Part shown: positions 1 to 9,421 of the stretch, piece by piece
Layout: the number at the start of each line of letters is the position of its first letter
How positions within the stretch are numbered: the stretch's first letter is position 1
Assembly (NCBI GenBank): GCA_030753015.1
Contig: JASMDC010000014.1
Span: forward strand, 1 to 64,000
Reading direction: 5' to 3'
DNA from: Candidatus Undinarchaeales archaeon
GTDB taxonomy: Archaea > SpSt-1190 > JASMDC01
DNA: 64,000 nucleotides
Translations under genes and position numbers: made by a program
The notes under the pieces: model-generated
The model's input: only the letters and a program-made list of their open reading frames with translations
Told to the model about the DNA's origin: nothing
Database searches by the model: none

Positions 1-1578
1 CCTAGTCCCATCGCAGTCGAGGGATTACCGCAAGGTTGGGACCAGCATGTCATCTACGACCATCCCATCATCTATCCCTCCTACCTGACCCTCGATGGGG
101 AGGGCAACGTGCTCGTCTCTTCCCGAGGGAACGGGAAGATACTGAAGATGGGGCCCGGAGGCGAGCTCTCGACCTTCGCCGACGTCAGCAAGCTGGGCGA
201 GGTCTTTGCCATGGGGTACCAGCCCGTCTCGGACCGGGTGATCATGACCACCATGATGACGGGGCTGTACGCCCTGTCCGATGGTGAGCTCTCAACGCTC
301 CAGATGTGGGGCGTCATGGCCAACGCCCTGGCCGTTGATCCCGACGACGACTCGTTCTACGGCTGCTCCATGGGGCAAGGGACTTCTCTTGTCCACTTCG
401 ACGTCGATGGGGACCGTATCGATACCATCGTCGAGGGGACGGAAGGGTGTTTCCAGGTCGTGCTCGATGCCGCGAACTATAAGCTCTATTACTCGGAGAC
501 GTTCCCCGGCCGCATCACGGCGGTCGACCTCGTCGACGGTACCCGGGAAGTTCTCGTCGAAGGGGTGGGCATACCCGGTACCCACGAGCCCATCGGGCTC
601 AGCCTCGACGGTGACGGTGTCCTCCATTCCTTCCCCAATGCCCATGGGCTGTTCAGGTACGAGGACGGGTCCTTCGAGAAGGTCATGGATTCCATCGCAG
701 GTGCGGGAGCGCTGCTCTGGTCATCGGCCCATGATGCGTTCCTGATGGCCAATGGCGTCGGGGCCAACGTCATCGCCTATGACCCGGCCACACGCACCGC
801 CGAGCATCTCACCCCCTACATGAACGCCATCGGCATCGTGGAGACGGTCGACGGTACGGTGCTGGTCTGTGACGGACACTACTTCGAGGGCCGCGTGCTC
901 TCCGTCAGCGGAACGGGTCTTGCTCCCTTCACCGAGGACCTGGATACCAACTGCCAGCACCTGGAGCGCGACGGTCGGGGGACCGTGTACGCCGGTATGG
1001 CCGAGGGCAGCATCTGGACCATCGGCGACGACGGTACCGCTTCTCTTTGGCTCGACCAGGTGTCCGACCGCCCCATCGTCTCCCTCCAGTACGATCCGCA
1101 CAACGACGCTCTTGTGGCCATCACCGGGGATCACCAGCGTTCGTCCGCCGAGGTCTGGCGCATCCCCATCGATGATCCCGATAAACGTGAGAAGGTGCTC
1201 GAGCTCGACGACGTGCGCATCACACCGGCCTTGCCCGCCGGCGCCGTGGACGCGTTGGGGAACATCTACGTGCTCGAGCGCCGGGCCAACGTCATCCATC
1301 GAATCGCCGACGGTGCCACGACTGCGACCGTGTTCGCCACGTCCGTGCTGGAGAACGAGGCGATCACCGTCCCCAAGATCGAGTACCTGTCGAAGGAGGA
1401 CGCGCTGCTCGTCAGCACCATCGTGACGTACGACCTCTGGCCGGTGGACGGGTCCGATAGGTCCATCTTCGCTCGCAACAGCGGCGCCGTGGACAACTTC
1501 GCGATCAGCGAGAACCCGGACGGCAGCATCGTTGCCATCCACTCGGGCCAGGTGTTCAGGTTCGTCCATGATGGATGA
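1..1578 (+). CDS. Beta-propeller protein (SMP-30/gluconolactonase/NHL-like repeats), 5'-truncated by window edge
   Basis: Frame is open from base 1 (PSPIAVEGLPQGWDQH...) into the 109..1578 ORF. Recurring ~40-aa blade motifs (LTLDGEGNVLV, LAVDPDDDSFY, LSLDGDGVLH, AVDALGNIYV). Confidence 0.7.
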   Translation, partial: PSPIAVEGLPQGWDQHVIYDHPIIYPSYLTLDGEGNVLVSSRGNGKILKMGPGGELSTFADVSKLGEVFAMGYQPVSDRVIMTTMMTGLYALSDGELSTLQMWGVMANALAVDPDDDSFYGCSMGQGTSLVHFDVDGDRIDTIVEGTEGCFQVVLDAANYKLYYSETFPGRITAVDLVDGTREVLVEGVGIPGTHEPIGLSLDGDGVLHSFPNAHGLFRYEDGSFEKVMDSIAGAGALLWSSAHDAFLMANGVGANVIAYDPATRTAEHLTPYMNAIGIVETVDGTVLVCDGHYFEGRVLSVSGTGLAPFTEDLDTNCQHLERDGRGTVYAGMAEGSIWTIGDDGTASLWLDQVSDRPIVSLQYDPHNDALVAITGDHQRSSAEVWRIPIDDPDKREKVLELDDVRITPALPAGAVDALGNIYVLERRANVIHRIADGATTATVFATSVLENEAITVPKIEYLSKEDALLVSTIVTYDLWPVDGSDRSIFARNSGAVDNFAISENPDGSIVAIHSGQVFRFVHDG

Positions 1579-1608
1579 ATGGGCGTACGCTCTACTCCTC
1601 GTTCCATT

Positions 1609-1743
1609 CGATAATGATCAAGGGCCCACAGACGCGGGTCCGCTTAGCGATTCCCAAGCGACGTATGGGCCACATGCTTCAGATGATCGGGGCCGTGTTG
1701 GTGGAGGGCTGAAGGCCCGGAGCCTGAAGTCCGGCCGTTATGT
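1609..1743 (+). repeat. attC-like imperfect inverted repeat, copy A
   Basis: Begins CGATAAT, ends GTTATGT. Shares blocks TCAAGGG, GACGCGGG, TAGCG, CGTGTTGGTGGA, CCGGnnGTTATG with 2747..2897. Confidence 0.6.
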
Positions 1744-1800
1744 GCTTTGGCCCCAATTAGATTATGATGGACACGGATAACAAGAAGGATCTTTAGACGA

Positions 1801-2323
1801 TCAGGACGGACATCTACTGCCACAGTCATCCATTTCCCCCATCCTGTCCCTGATCAGCTTCACCACTTCATCAGGCCTTGCCGTGGAGAACACCAGTTCG
1901 TCGAACCGCCGCCCCCTCATCGCGAGGACGATGCGAGGGCTACTGACATTGCTGAACACTAGCCGCCTTTTCCCGTCAACAGGGGCGAACTTGATGCCCG
2001 CACCACCGTACCGCAGAGCAGAGGTCTCGTCCAGCCGGGCGTCAGTGATATCCTTGAGGGGGACTATATACGAGATGAGGGCGTAAGCGACGGAGACATG
2101 GTCGTTGGTCATCCGTATGGTCAAGGTGCGAAAGATCACCAGTATCCCCAGGAAGAAGTATGAACAGGATGCCAAAAAGTGCTCTAGGGGCGGACCTGGT
2201 GCCCGTAACGCCCTCAATAAACTGGCGGATGAACATTAAGAGAAAGAGCACAGCCAAGGGTGCCAGTATGCGCTTTAGCCACTTCGAAGCGACATCCTCT
2301 TCGTAGACCGTGTCGAGAGACAT
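1801..2323 (-). pseudogene. Frameshifted small membrane protein (two TM helices plus a bPH-like C-terminal domain)
   Basis: N-terminus MSLDTVYEE...LFGILFILL is in ORF 2042..2323. C-terminus LGILVIFRTL...YGGAGI...LVFSTARPDEV is in ORF 1801..2217. A single +1 shift near 2150-2160 joins them into one coherent protein. Confidence 0.65.
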
Positions 2324-2440
2324 GGTTAGCGTTCTTCTATACGCTGCGATCCCTTTTGTGGGTGACCGTTCAGATTGGAGGATCGGGGGCCAAGGAGTAT
2401 TTAATATCGCCCCTCCTCAATGAACGTGAGGTTCTGGAGA

Positions 2441-2752
2441 ATGAAGAACACATGGAAGAACATCAAAGAGATGATCACGTATCCAGAAGGTGGGATAACA
2501 AGCAAGGTCATTGAAAAGAACGAGCTCGGGGATGTGACGCTCTTCTGCATGTCGGGAGGGACATCGATCTCGGACCATACGTCGACCAAGGCAGGATACA
2601 TCTATGTCATCGAGGGGAAGGGCACCTTCATCCTCGAGGGCGAGAAGATCGAGATGACGCCTGGGACCTTAATCGTTATGAGGTCGAACGCTGTCCATTC
2701 CTTGAGTGCACAAGAGAACACATCGTTCATCCTGTTGCTGAGGGACATCTAA
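2441..2752 (+). CDS. Cupin domain protein
   Basis: HTSTKAGYIYVIEGKG and NAVHSL cupin motifs. ATG 2441 follows GGAGA; TATA-like TATTTAAT at ~2398. Confidence 0.85.
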   Translation: MKNTWKNIKEMITYPEGGITSKVIEKNELGDVTLFCMSGGTSISDHTSTKAGYIYVIEGKGTFILEGEKIEMTPGTLIVMRSNAVHSLSAQENTSFILLLRDI

Positions 2753-2897
2753 CGGTCAAGGGTTTTCTTGACGCGGGCCCTGTCTAGCGGATTAGAGCGA
2801 AGTTCAGACTATCGAAGCTCGAGGAGCTACGGGCACGTGTTGGTGGAAGGCCGGAGCGTATAGCGGAGGCCTGGAACCGAAAACCCGGTTGTTATGC
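2747..2897 (+). repeat. attC-like imperfect inverted repeat, copy B
   Basis: ATCTAAC (RYYYAAC, overlapping the cupin TAA stop) ... GTTATGC. Inner arms GGGTTTTC / GAAAACCC are perfectly complementary. Confidence 0.65.
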
Positions 2898-2919
2898 GGC
2901 GGTTTCACTCCGTAATAAT

Positions 2920-3198
2920 TCATTCGATCCAGGAATAACCTTTTCCACGAGGAAAGATAAACGCGACCTTCACATCGAGCTCATCAACGATATAGACCGC
3001 ACGATAATCTCCCATTTTCAGACGGTAATAGGTACGTTTCTTCCCCTGTAGACGTTTGATATTAGCTCCCGGTCTGGATTGAAAGGGGTTCTTTTTCAGG
3101 CGACGTAAACGTTCCTTGATATACTTTTGAACCTCTTCAGGTCGTTGTTCTATGAATTTCCGTGCCGTCTGAGAGACAAGAACGTTATATTTCGTCAA
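2920..3198 (-). CDS. relE: Type II toxin, RelE/ParE family
   Basis: Basic ~92 aa with IKRLQG...YRLKMGDYRAVY...IFPRGKGY pattern. Probable TTG start at 3198 overlapping the antitoxin end. Lower GC than flanks. Confidence 0.85.
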   Translation of the reverse strand: MTKYNVLVSQTARKFIEQRPEEVQKYIKERLRRLKKNPFQSRPGANIKRLQGKKRTYYRLKMGDYRAVYIVDELDVKVAFIFPRGKGYSWIE

Positions 3199-3373
3199 GC
3201 GGTACGAACTCCTCGGTATCAAGAATACGATCGATCTCAGCGAAGAACATGGATTTCTGTGCGGTCTCGATAAGTCGTTGGATCAACATATCATAGGATT
3301 CTCCCTTTCGCCCTATCCCTTTGAGAGCTTCCCGGGTGTTTTTCTGGAGCTGGATGGTAGTCATTTCCGACAT
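3185..3373 (-). CDS. Putative antitoxin (RHH-like N-terminus, acidic tail)
   Basis: MTTIQLQKNTREALKGIGRKGESYDMLIQRLI and acidic tail EEFVPLDEI. Directly upstream of and overlapping relE, with an AT-rich promoter at ~3385-3425. Confidence 0.8.
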   Translation of the reverse strand: MSEMTTIQLQKNTREALKGIGRKGESYDMLIQRLIETAQKSMFFAEIDRILDTEEFVPLDEI

Positions 3374-3753
3374 ATGAACACCAGTTATATACAATTATAT
3401 GCAATTAAGTGGTATATATAATTTGTCCTTCCAGGGATCAATGTGAAATTGTACGCATATCCTGGTTATATCCGACATGCGACATTACGTGTGTGCCCCT
3501 TAAGCCGAGTGATATCCGAAAGCGACTTCGTATACACCACCTCACGGGGAAGATATCCGACATTCAGATAACATGTTGAATTGGACTATTATCCGGACCC
3601 CTCTGTTACTCCTGATCTCACTGTCGCAGAACCCCGACACACTTGTCCACGTTCCTATCGACGGTGGCACGCATGAGTGGTGGCTCCACCCCGATCCCCC
3701 GGAGTAGATTGTAGAGCCTGTTTCGGTGGTCGTCGATATACGTACGGCCGTAC

Positions 3754-4173
3754 CTACGATCCTTCGCGCCTTTTCTCGTGCGCGTAGATGCCGGTGACAA
3801 AGGCGCCTATGGTGCCCACGACCGCTCCTGTGCCAAGCGCTATCTCGTGCTCTGCCATCCAGTTGTCGGCGACGCGTTCGACGGCGTCGTCAGGAACCTG
3901 CACATACCCGCCGTCAGCGTCCTTGATGAAGTAGTTTGTGCCGGCAAATCCGTTGGAGTCGCTGTACACAAAGGTGCCGCTATTGTCCTCGAGGTGCGAT
4001 TTTTCCATGACCGCTCCCACGAAGCTCCCTATACCGACGACAGCAAGCCCTATCGTTGCGGCCGTCGCCACATCGGCTTTGCTCAGGTCGTCCGCGTACA
4101 CGCCGGTATCAGCTGACGCTGATGACGTGTAACCATCCGTTTCCAGGTCTATCTCATACATTGTGTATTCCAC
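3754..4173 (-). CDS. Acidic hypothetical protein with two Gly/Ala-rich hydrophobic segments
   Basis: 139-aa ORF with coding-like codon use, upstream TTAATAAA, two TM-like stretches. Confidence 0.6.
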   Translation of the reverse strand: MEYTMYEIDLETDGYTSSASADTGVYADDLSKADVATAATIGLAVVGIGSFVGAVMEKSHLEDNSGTFVYSDSNGFAGTNYFIKDADGGYVQVPDDAVERVADNWMAEHEIALGTGAVVGTIGAFVTGIYAHEKRREGS

Positions 4174-4438
4174 CTTTTCCCATGTCCTGAACCCAGCGGC
4201 GGGTCGAGCACTTTATTAACGATTTAGAACCACTGTGGTGGTACTCGGGCCACGGTAGTCCGTTTTCGGCACCCTTGTTCTATATGGCCATCGTGGTCTA
4301 TGGACCGGTCTCTCGGCCGCTATGTGGACCCGATGTAGAGATCCGATCTTTGGTGATCCGGCGGCGTGACCGCTCCGCCAAGCCCGCTCCAAAAAGCCAG
4401 CGGCGGTCCGAGGATACGATCAGTGGGTCCTATTCTCT

Positions 4439-5866
4439 CTAGCTGATGGCGCGCTTCCAGACCGTGCCGCTCGCGTTGTCCTCCAGCACGATCCCCATCT
4501 CCTGGAGCCGGTCGCGGATGGCGTCGGCCAAGTCCCAGTCCTTCACCGAGCGAGCCTCATCGCGAAGCTCGATGAGTAGCTTGATTAGACCGTCCGTTTC
4601 GGTATCATCGCTTCCAGTACCTTCCTTGAACTCCCAGAAAATGTTGAGGACGCCCCCGAGGTCCAGGAAGGTGCCCATCAGCCGCTTCAGGACGAGCCGG
4701 TTGGCCTTCGGGTTCTTCTTCAGGAACGCGTTCGCAGCGGACGCGAGCTCGAACAGCGCAGCTACTGCGCCAGCCGTGTTGAAGTCGCTGTCCATTGCCC
4801 GGGCGAAATCCACTTCCGCCTTGACCACGGCAGTTAGCATGCTCTCTTCTGCGGGTGAGAGCACTCCCTCGTCCGTAGCGTCCCTGGACAGTGCCTGGAG
4901 CGTCCGGACGGTGTTGCGCAATCTCTCGAGACCGCGCGAGGCCTCCTCGATCCCCTTGTCGGAGAAGTCGATGGGGCTCCGATACTGAGTGAGCAGCAGG
5001 AAGAACCTGACCGCCTCCGGCTCGAACTTCTCTAGCACCTCGCGGATCGTGAAGAAGTTATCGAGCGATTTTGACATCTTCTCCTTGTCGATTGTTATGA
5101 ACCCGTTGTGCAGCCAGTACCGGGCGAATGGTGCTTTCCCCGATGCCGCCTCTGCCTGTGCGATCTCGTTCTCATGATGTGGGAACACGAGGTCCGCGCC
5201 CCCTCCGTGGATGTCGAACGTGGACCCGAGATATTTCGATGACATCACCGAGCACTCGATGTGCCACCCGGGCCGTCCCTCGCTCCAGGGGCTCTTCCAT
5301 TTCGGTTCACCGGGCTTTGCAGCCTTCCAGAGGGCGAAGTCCCTCGAATGGCGCTTGAGGTCCGATGGCTCGTTGCGCATCTCGTCGATAGATATGTTCG
5401 AGAGCTTTCCATAGTCATCGAACGCCTCGACAGAGAAGTATACGTCGCCCCCCGCCTCGTAGGCGAACCCCTTCTCGATCAGGCCCTTTACCGTCTCGAT
5501 GATGTCCGGTATGTGCGCAGAGACCCTGGGATGCACGTCGGCCTCCCGTACACCGAGCGCCGACATGTCCTCGACGTACGCATCGATGAACGTCTTTGCG
5601 AGCTTGACGGGATCCTCTCCCTTCTCGTTCGCCCGTTTTATTATCTTGTCGTCGATGTCCGTGAAGTTCTGAGCATAGATGACGTTGAACCCCTTGCGCT
5701 CGATCCATCGTCGTATGACGTCGAACGCCACGTACGACCTGGCATGACCTATATGGCAGTAGTCGTACACGGTGGGCCCGCACACGTACATGCGTACGTT
5801 GTTCCCGTCCGCCGGCTTGAACTCCTGTTTCTCCCTGCCGAGTGTGTTGTACACGACGAGCGTCAT
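4439..5866 (-). CDS. cysS: Cysteine--tRNA ligase
   Basis: MYVCGPTVYD, HIGH, GRPGWHIECS, DIHGGGADLVFPHHENE, KMSKS. Start placed at ATG 5866. Confidence 0.98.
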   Translation of the reverse strand: MTLVVYNTLGREKQEFKPADGNNVRMYVCGPTVYDYCHIGHARSYVAFDVIRRWIERKGFNVIYAQNFTDIDDKIIKRANEKGEDPVKLAKTFIDAYVEDMSALGVREADVHPRVSAHIPDIIETVKGLIEKGFAYEAGGDVYFSVEAFDDYGKLSNISIDEMRNEPSDLKRHSRDFALWKAAKPGEPKWKSPWSEGRPGWHIECSVMSSKYLGSTFDIHGGGADLVFPHHENEIAQAEAASGKAPFARYWLHNGFITIDKEKMSKSLDNFFTIREVLEKFEPEAVRFFLLLTQYRSPIDFSDKGIEEASRGLERLRNTVRTLQALSRDATDEGVLSPAEESMLTAVVKAEVDFARAMDSDFNTAGAVAALFELASAANAFLKKNPKANRLVLKRLMGTFLDLGGVLNIFWEFKEGTGSDDTETDGLIKLLIELRDEARSVKDWDLADAIRDRLQEMGIVLEDNASGTVWKRAIS

Positions 5867-6015
5867 GCCTGCCGGTCGCTGAACAAGTCTTAAATGTGTG
5901 TCGTTAGGGTGCACTGCATCCTCTTTCTATGGATCCTACCCATCCATTGCTCGTAGACCGTTGATCGCTGAACGTGTGAAGGATGGGGTGAGGGAAAGGG
6001 GGGGAAGTACGGGGA

Positions 6016-6591
6016 CTAGATGTCCCCGTACCTGTCCGACAGCTTCTCGATGGTGGCCGTCAGCTGTTCGAGCTGCTTCTCGATCTTTCCACCGAAGTCC
6101 TTCAGACCGTTGGCTATGCCCTCGGACGCCTCGGTGAGGTGCATCATGCCCTCAGCCTGCAGGTATCCTGCCAGCGAGTTGGAGTAGAGATTGCCCAGAC
6201 TGTCACCGATGCTGTCGAAGTATCCACCGAACTTCGGCATCCCAGCATCCTCTGCGATCTTCTTGAACCCGCCGTACTTGGCCCGGGTCTCTCCCGCGAT
6301 CTCGCCCAGCATCTCGTTGACCCCTTCTTCGCCGTACTTCGCCTTCATACCGAAGGACATCAGGGTCATCGCGTCGCCGGTCATCTTCAGAGCGTTATAT
6401 ACCTGCTTGGCGTCCTTTCCGTGAGCCTGCTTGATATAGGCCTCGGCATTGTCCATCCAGTCCCCGCTCTCTTTGAGCTTCTCCCAGTTGGCCTTACCGC
6501 CTGCTATATCCTGGCCGTACTTTCCCAGGATGCCCATATAGCCTCCCAGGTCCTCTCGTATTCCGCCTGTATCAGGAGCATCAGCGTACAT
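6016..6591 (-). CDS. Hypothetical helical protein, tandem paralog 2
   Basis: 191 aa, about 76% identical by manual count to 6723..7298, no gaps. Own TATA and GGTGA RBS. Confidence 0.85.
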   Translation of the reverse strand: MYADAPDTGGIREDLGGYMGILGKYGQDIAGGKANWEKLKESGDWMDNAEAYIKQAHGKDAKQVYNALKMTGDAMTLMSFGMKAKYGEEGVNEMLGEIAGETRAKYGGFKKIAEDAGMPKFGGYFDSIGDSLGNLYSNSLAGYLQAEGMMHLTEASEGIANGLKDFGGKIEKQLEQLTATIEKLSDRYGDI

Positions 6592-6627
6592 GATTTGTCA
6601 CCAGCGAGTAGTAAATGTCTCCCCAGC

Positions 6628-6650
6628 TATATATATGTTTCGTTTTGGTG
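6628..6650 (-). promoter_or_regulatory. Archaeal BRE/TATA promoter of paralog 2
   Basis: Minus strand reads CACCAAAACGAAACATATATATA; conserved with the paralog 1 promoter. Confidence 0.7.
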
Positions 6651-6722
6651 CTACCGCTGGAAGAAGGAGTGAGGAGAAGGGTTGCGCGGGGACCTAGGTC
6701 CCCGCGCCCTGCCTTTATGGGG

Positions 6723-7298
6723 TCAGATGTCCCCGTATCTGTCGTTCAGCTTCTCGATCGTGGTCGCAAGCTGTTCGAGCTGCTGTTCGATCTTTCCACC
6801 GAAGTCCTTCAGGCTCTTTGCTATGCCCTCGGAGGCGTCGGTGAGGTGCATCATGCCCTCTGCCTGCATGTATGCAGAGATCGATCCGGAGTAGAGGTCT
6901 CCCAGACCGTCGCCGATCGACGCAAAGGCATCACTGAACTTCGGCATCCCTGCCTCTTCAGCGATCTTCATGAACCCGAGGTATCTGCCCCTTGTCTCTT
7001 CTGCCAGTTCGGCTGTCAGTGAGTTGACGCCCTCTTCGCCGTACTTCTCCTTCATGCCCATCGACATGAGCGTCGTCGCGTCACCGGTCGCCTTCAGTGC
7101 GTTGTACACTGACTTGGCATCGGAGCCATGGGCGCTTTTGATATAGGACTCGGCATTGCCTAACCAGTCACCGCTCTCCTTGAGCTTCTCCCAGTTGGCC
7201 TTTCCGCCTGCTATATCCTGGCCGTACTTCTGCAGAACGCCAGTATAAGATTCAAGGTCGTCTCGAATTCCACCCATATCAGGAGCATCTGCATACAT
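6723..7298 (-). CDS. Hypothetical helical protein, tandem paralog 1
   Basis: 191 aa, paralog of 6016..6591. RBS CTGGTGACAAA conserved in both. Confidence 0.85.
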   Translation of the reverse strand: MYADAPDMGGIRDDLESYTGVLQKYGQDIAGGKANWEKLKESGDWLGNAESYIKSAHGSDAKSVYNALKATGDATTLMSMGMKEKYGEEGVNSLTAELAEETRGRYLGFMKIAEEAGMPKFSDAFASIGDGLGDLYSGSISAYMQAEGMMHLTDASEGIAKSLKDFGGKIEQQLEQLATTIEKLNDRYGDI

Positions 7299-7334
7299 GT
7301 TTTGTCACCAGCAAGTGACGACACCCCCTTGTCG

Positions 7335-7356
7335 TTTATATACTTTTCGTTTGGTG
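7335..7356 (-). promoter_or_regulatory. Archaeal BRE/TATA promoter of paralog 1
   Basis: Minus strand reads CACCAAACGAAAAGTATATAAA. Confidence 0.7.
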
Positions 7357-7403
7357 TGAGACGTGCTGACAGACAGAACGGGACACGGGGCCGCATAAAG
7401 AGG

Positions 7404-9221
7404 CTAGGACTTTCTTGCGCCCTTTCCCTCGAAGTGGGCGAGGAAGATCGCCGCTGCCGACCAGGCCTGGGGATTGCAGGAGTGGCCACGGATGGTCGGT
7501 TCATCGCAATCGGCCCTCAGCACCTCGGGTATGGAGCCCATCTTCTCTATGACATTGACGTTGGCGGACTCGAGGCCGTCGGCGTAGGTGTCCTCTCCGT
7601 AGTTGCGGGCACCGATAGCGGCGAACGGGCTCTGGAACGGCCAGACGCCACCCAGGTGATACCCGTCGGGGGCATACGATCCGTGCTCCTTTGAGATGGT
7701 GCGCATACCGAACTTATCACCGAGGCGGTCGGGATCGGCGAGCACGTTGTCGATAAGGCGGTGCGCCTTGTCATCGTCGAAGGCACGGTAGTACAGGCCC
7801 ATGCATACGTCCGAGTTGACCGTCCGCACCTGGTCTCCGTCCTTGTCCAGAGCAATGGCGTACGCGTCGAGGTCGTCCATCCAGTACTTATCGTTGATAG
7901 TGAGCTTCAGCGCATCACGCTTGGATGCTAGAAAGACGCTGGCATCATCGACGCCGATGATGGACGAGAGTTTCGCGTTGGTGGTACTGTCCCCGGATGC
8001 GAGGCGGTGGAACTCCTCGTACATGCCGTAGAGACAGAGCTGGTCCCACAGCACACGTAGCGGCTGGTCCGGGTGCTGGCCTGCGGGATGGAGAACACTG
8101 TTGTCGGCGTCGCGCCAGGTGTGGTACCGGGTGAAGTACACAGGCTCGCCGGTGGCAGGGTCGCGGTCGTCCCCCTTGAACGAGAGGAGACCGTCAGTGT
8201 CCTCGTGGTCGCGGATGAACGTGAAGAGACGGCCGAGCTCGGAAGCACGGGAGTCGAGGAGGGCATCGTCATCCGCGATCCGTGTGTAGCGTGCGACCGA
8301 GATGCCCAGGAGCGGGCTCTCGTCGGTCCCGATGAAATTGGGAAAGCGCTTGAAGGAACTAGACTGGGTGAGCTCGTCGATGTTGTACTCGTGGACTGCC
8401 TTCCCGGGTTCCTCGGACTTGTGGTGGTCCATCTTGGTACCAAGACGGGTCAGGCGGAACTCGACGTTGTCACGGACGAGGTCCGGATCTACGTACACTA
8501 GACCGAAGTTGGTTATGTCAGAGTCACGCCCAAAGACGCTTGGGAACACGGGATAGCCGGCCACCAGCGCCCTCACCTGACGGTCGCCCTCGACCGGTAC
8601 ATAGGTGACGAGCTGTGCGATCGCGTCGACGGCACCCTGGAAGGCGTCGTCGTACCGGACGTTACCGCTGCTGGGAGCGGGCCGTGATGCGGCCCACTGC
8701 TGAGGATCGACGAACTCCTTGTCCGGGAACCGGTCGTCCACGGTGATGGAAAGGCCGCTCCTCCCATTGGATCGAGATGTGTCGTACGAGAACGAGCGCT
8801 CCACGCCGTCCAGGCCGGTCTTTTCGTACCGGTCGCCGACCTTCTCATAGGGAGGGCACTGAACAGAAGGCATCATGCCCCAGAGACGGTGCTGGAAGGC
8901 CGTCTCTCCCCGTGGTATGACCTCGTACTGGGCATCGGGCAGGTCCGTGGTGTCGTGGATGGTGTTGCCATCGTAGTTGATGGTCCGGGTGTACTCCTTG
9001 CCGCCTAGCTCGTAGGTCGCTTCGGCGCGGTCCTTATCGACGCTGGACGATACCATCCGGGCCTCGGTACGCAGCTCGTAGTCCAGGATCCAGTTCCCCC
9101 GGACGAAAACGTTCGAAGCGTTGACGACATCTAGCGGTCGGTCTCCCTCGATGAGCTCGTAGTTCTCCTCTCTAGGAGTCACGCTCCAGAGGTACCCATT
9201 GGAGATGGTGTCCAATTCCAC
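7404..9221 (-). CDS. Amylo-alpha-1,6-glucosidase / glycogen debranching enzyme family (alpha/alpha barrel glycoside hydrolase)
   Basis: VFGRDS, EEPGKAVHE, WRDA, YHLGGVWP, SCNPQAWSAAA motifs. GTG 9221 after GGGTGA is preferred because GTG 9254 is too close to the TATA. Confidence 0.8.
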   Translation of the reverse strand: MELDTISNGYLWSVTPREENYELIEGDRPLDVVNASNVFVRGNWILDYELRTEARMVSSSVDKDRAEATYELGGKEYTRTINYDGNTIHDTTDLPDAQYEVIPRGETAFQHRLWGMMPSVQCPPYEKVGDRYEKTGLDGVERSFSYDTSRSNGRSGLSITVDDRFPDKEFVDPQQWAASRPAPSSGNVRYDDAFQGAVDAIAQLVTYVPVEGDRQVRALVAGYPVFPSVFGRDSDITNFGLVYVDPDLVRDNVEFRLTRLGTKMDHHKSEEPGKAVHEYNIDELTQSSSFKRFPNFIGTDESPLLGISVARYTRIADDDALLDSRASELGRLFTFIRDHEDTDGLLSFKGDDRDPATGEPVYFTRYHTWRDADNSVLHPAGQHPDQPLRVLWDQLCLYGMYEEFHRLASGDSTTNAKLSSIIGVDDASVFLASKRDALKLTINDKYWMDDLDAYAIALDKDGDQVRTVNSDVCMGLYYRAFDDDKAHRLIDNVLADPDRLGDKFGMRTISKEHGSYAPDGYHLGGVWPFQSPFAAIGARNYGEDTYADGLESANVNVIEKMGSIPEVLRADCDEPTIRGHSCNPQAWSAAAIFLAHFEGKGARKS

Positions 9222-9317
9222 CCAGTCACCCGATGTCAGAATCAAGCTGCTCACCCGGTTTATAAGGTTTTAGGAACCCGGCCGGGGTGCATTCGACAGC
9301 TGTAGCTATCCATCATG

Positions 9318-9421
9318 CAAAAGGGAAACGGGGGCGGGAACCATAAAGGAATGGCAACCCACGGCAAAGCCAGGATCTTTCTCGCCGCCCCCTGGGGGAC
9401 CCGGGTGGCGTCGTGCCCCCC
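9318..9421 (-). ncRNA. Candidate structured small RNA (unknown family)
   Basis: TATA-like CTTAATTA ~29 nt upstream; GC clamps GGGGG/CCCCC and GGGGGCGG/CCGCCCCC; pyrimidine tail TTTCCCTTTT; no convincing ORF. Confidence 0.35.

Noticed and set aside
3457-3596. Possible degenerate CRISPR array
   Set aside because: The repeat core is only 8-9 bp, spacing is irregular, and there are no cas genes.
3618-3800. 60-aa ORF on the minus strand
   Set aside because: Overlaps the 3754..4173 gene end in another frame, has no RBS and no recognisable features.
4174-4438. Weak CTAT(n)GG(A)CC repeats in the intergenic region
   Set aside because: Three short imperfect copies without regular spacing; could be chance.
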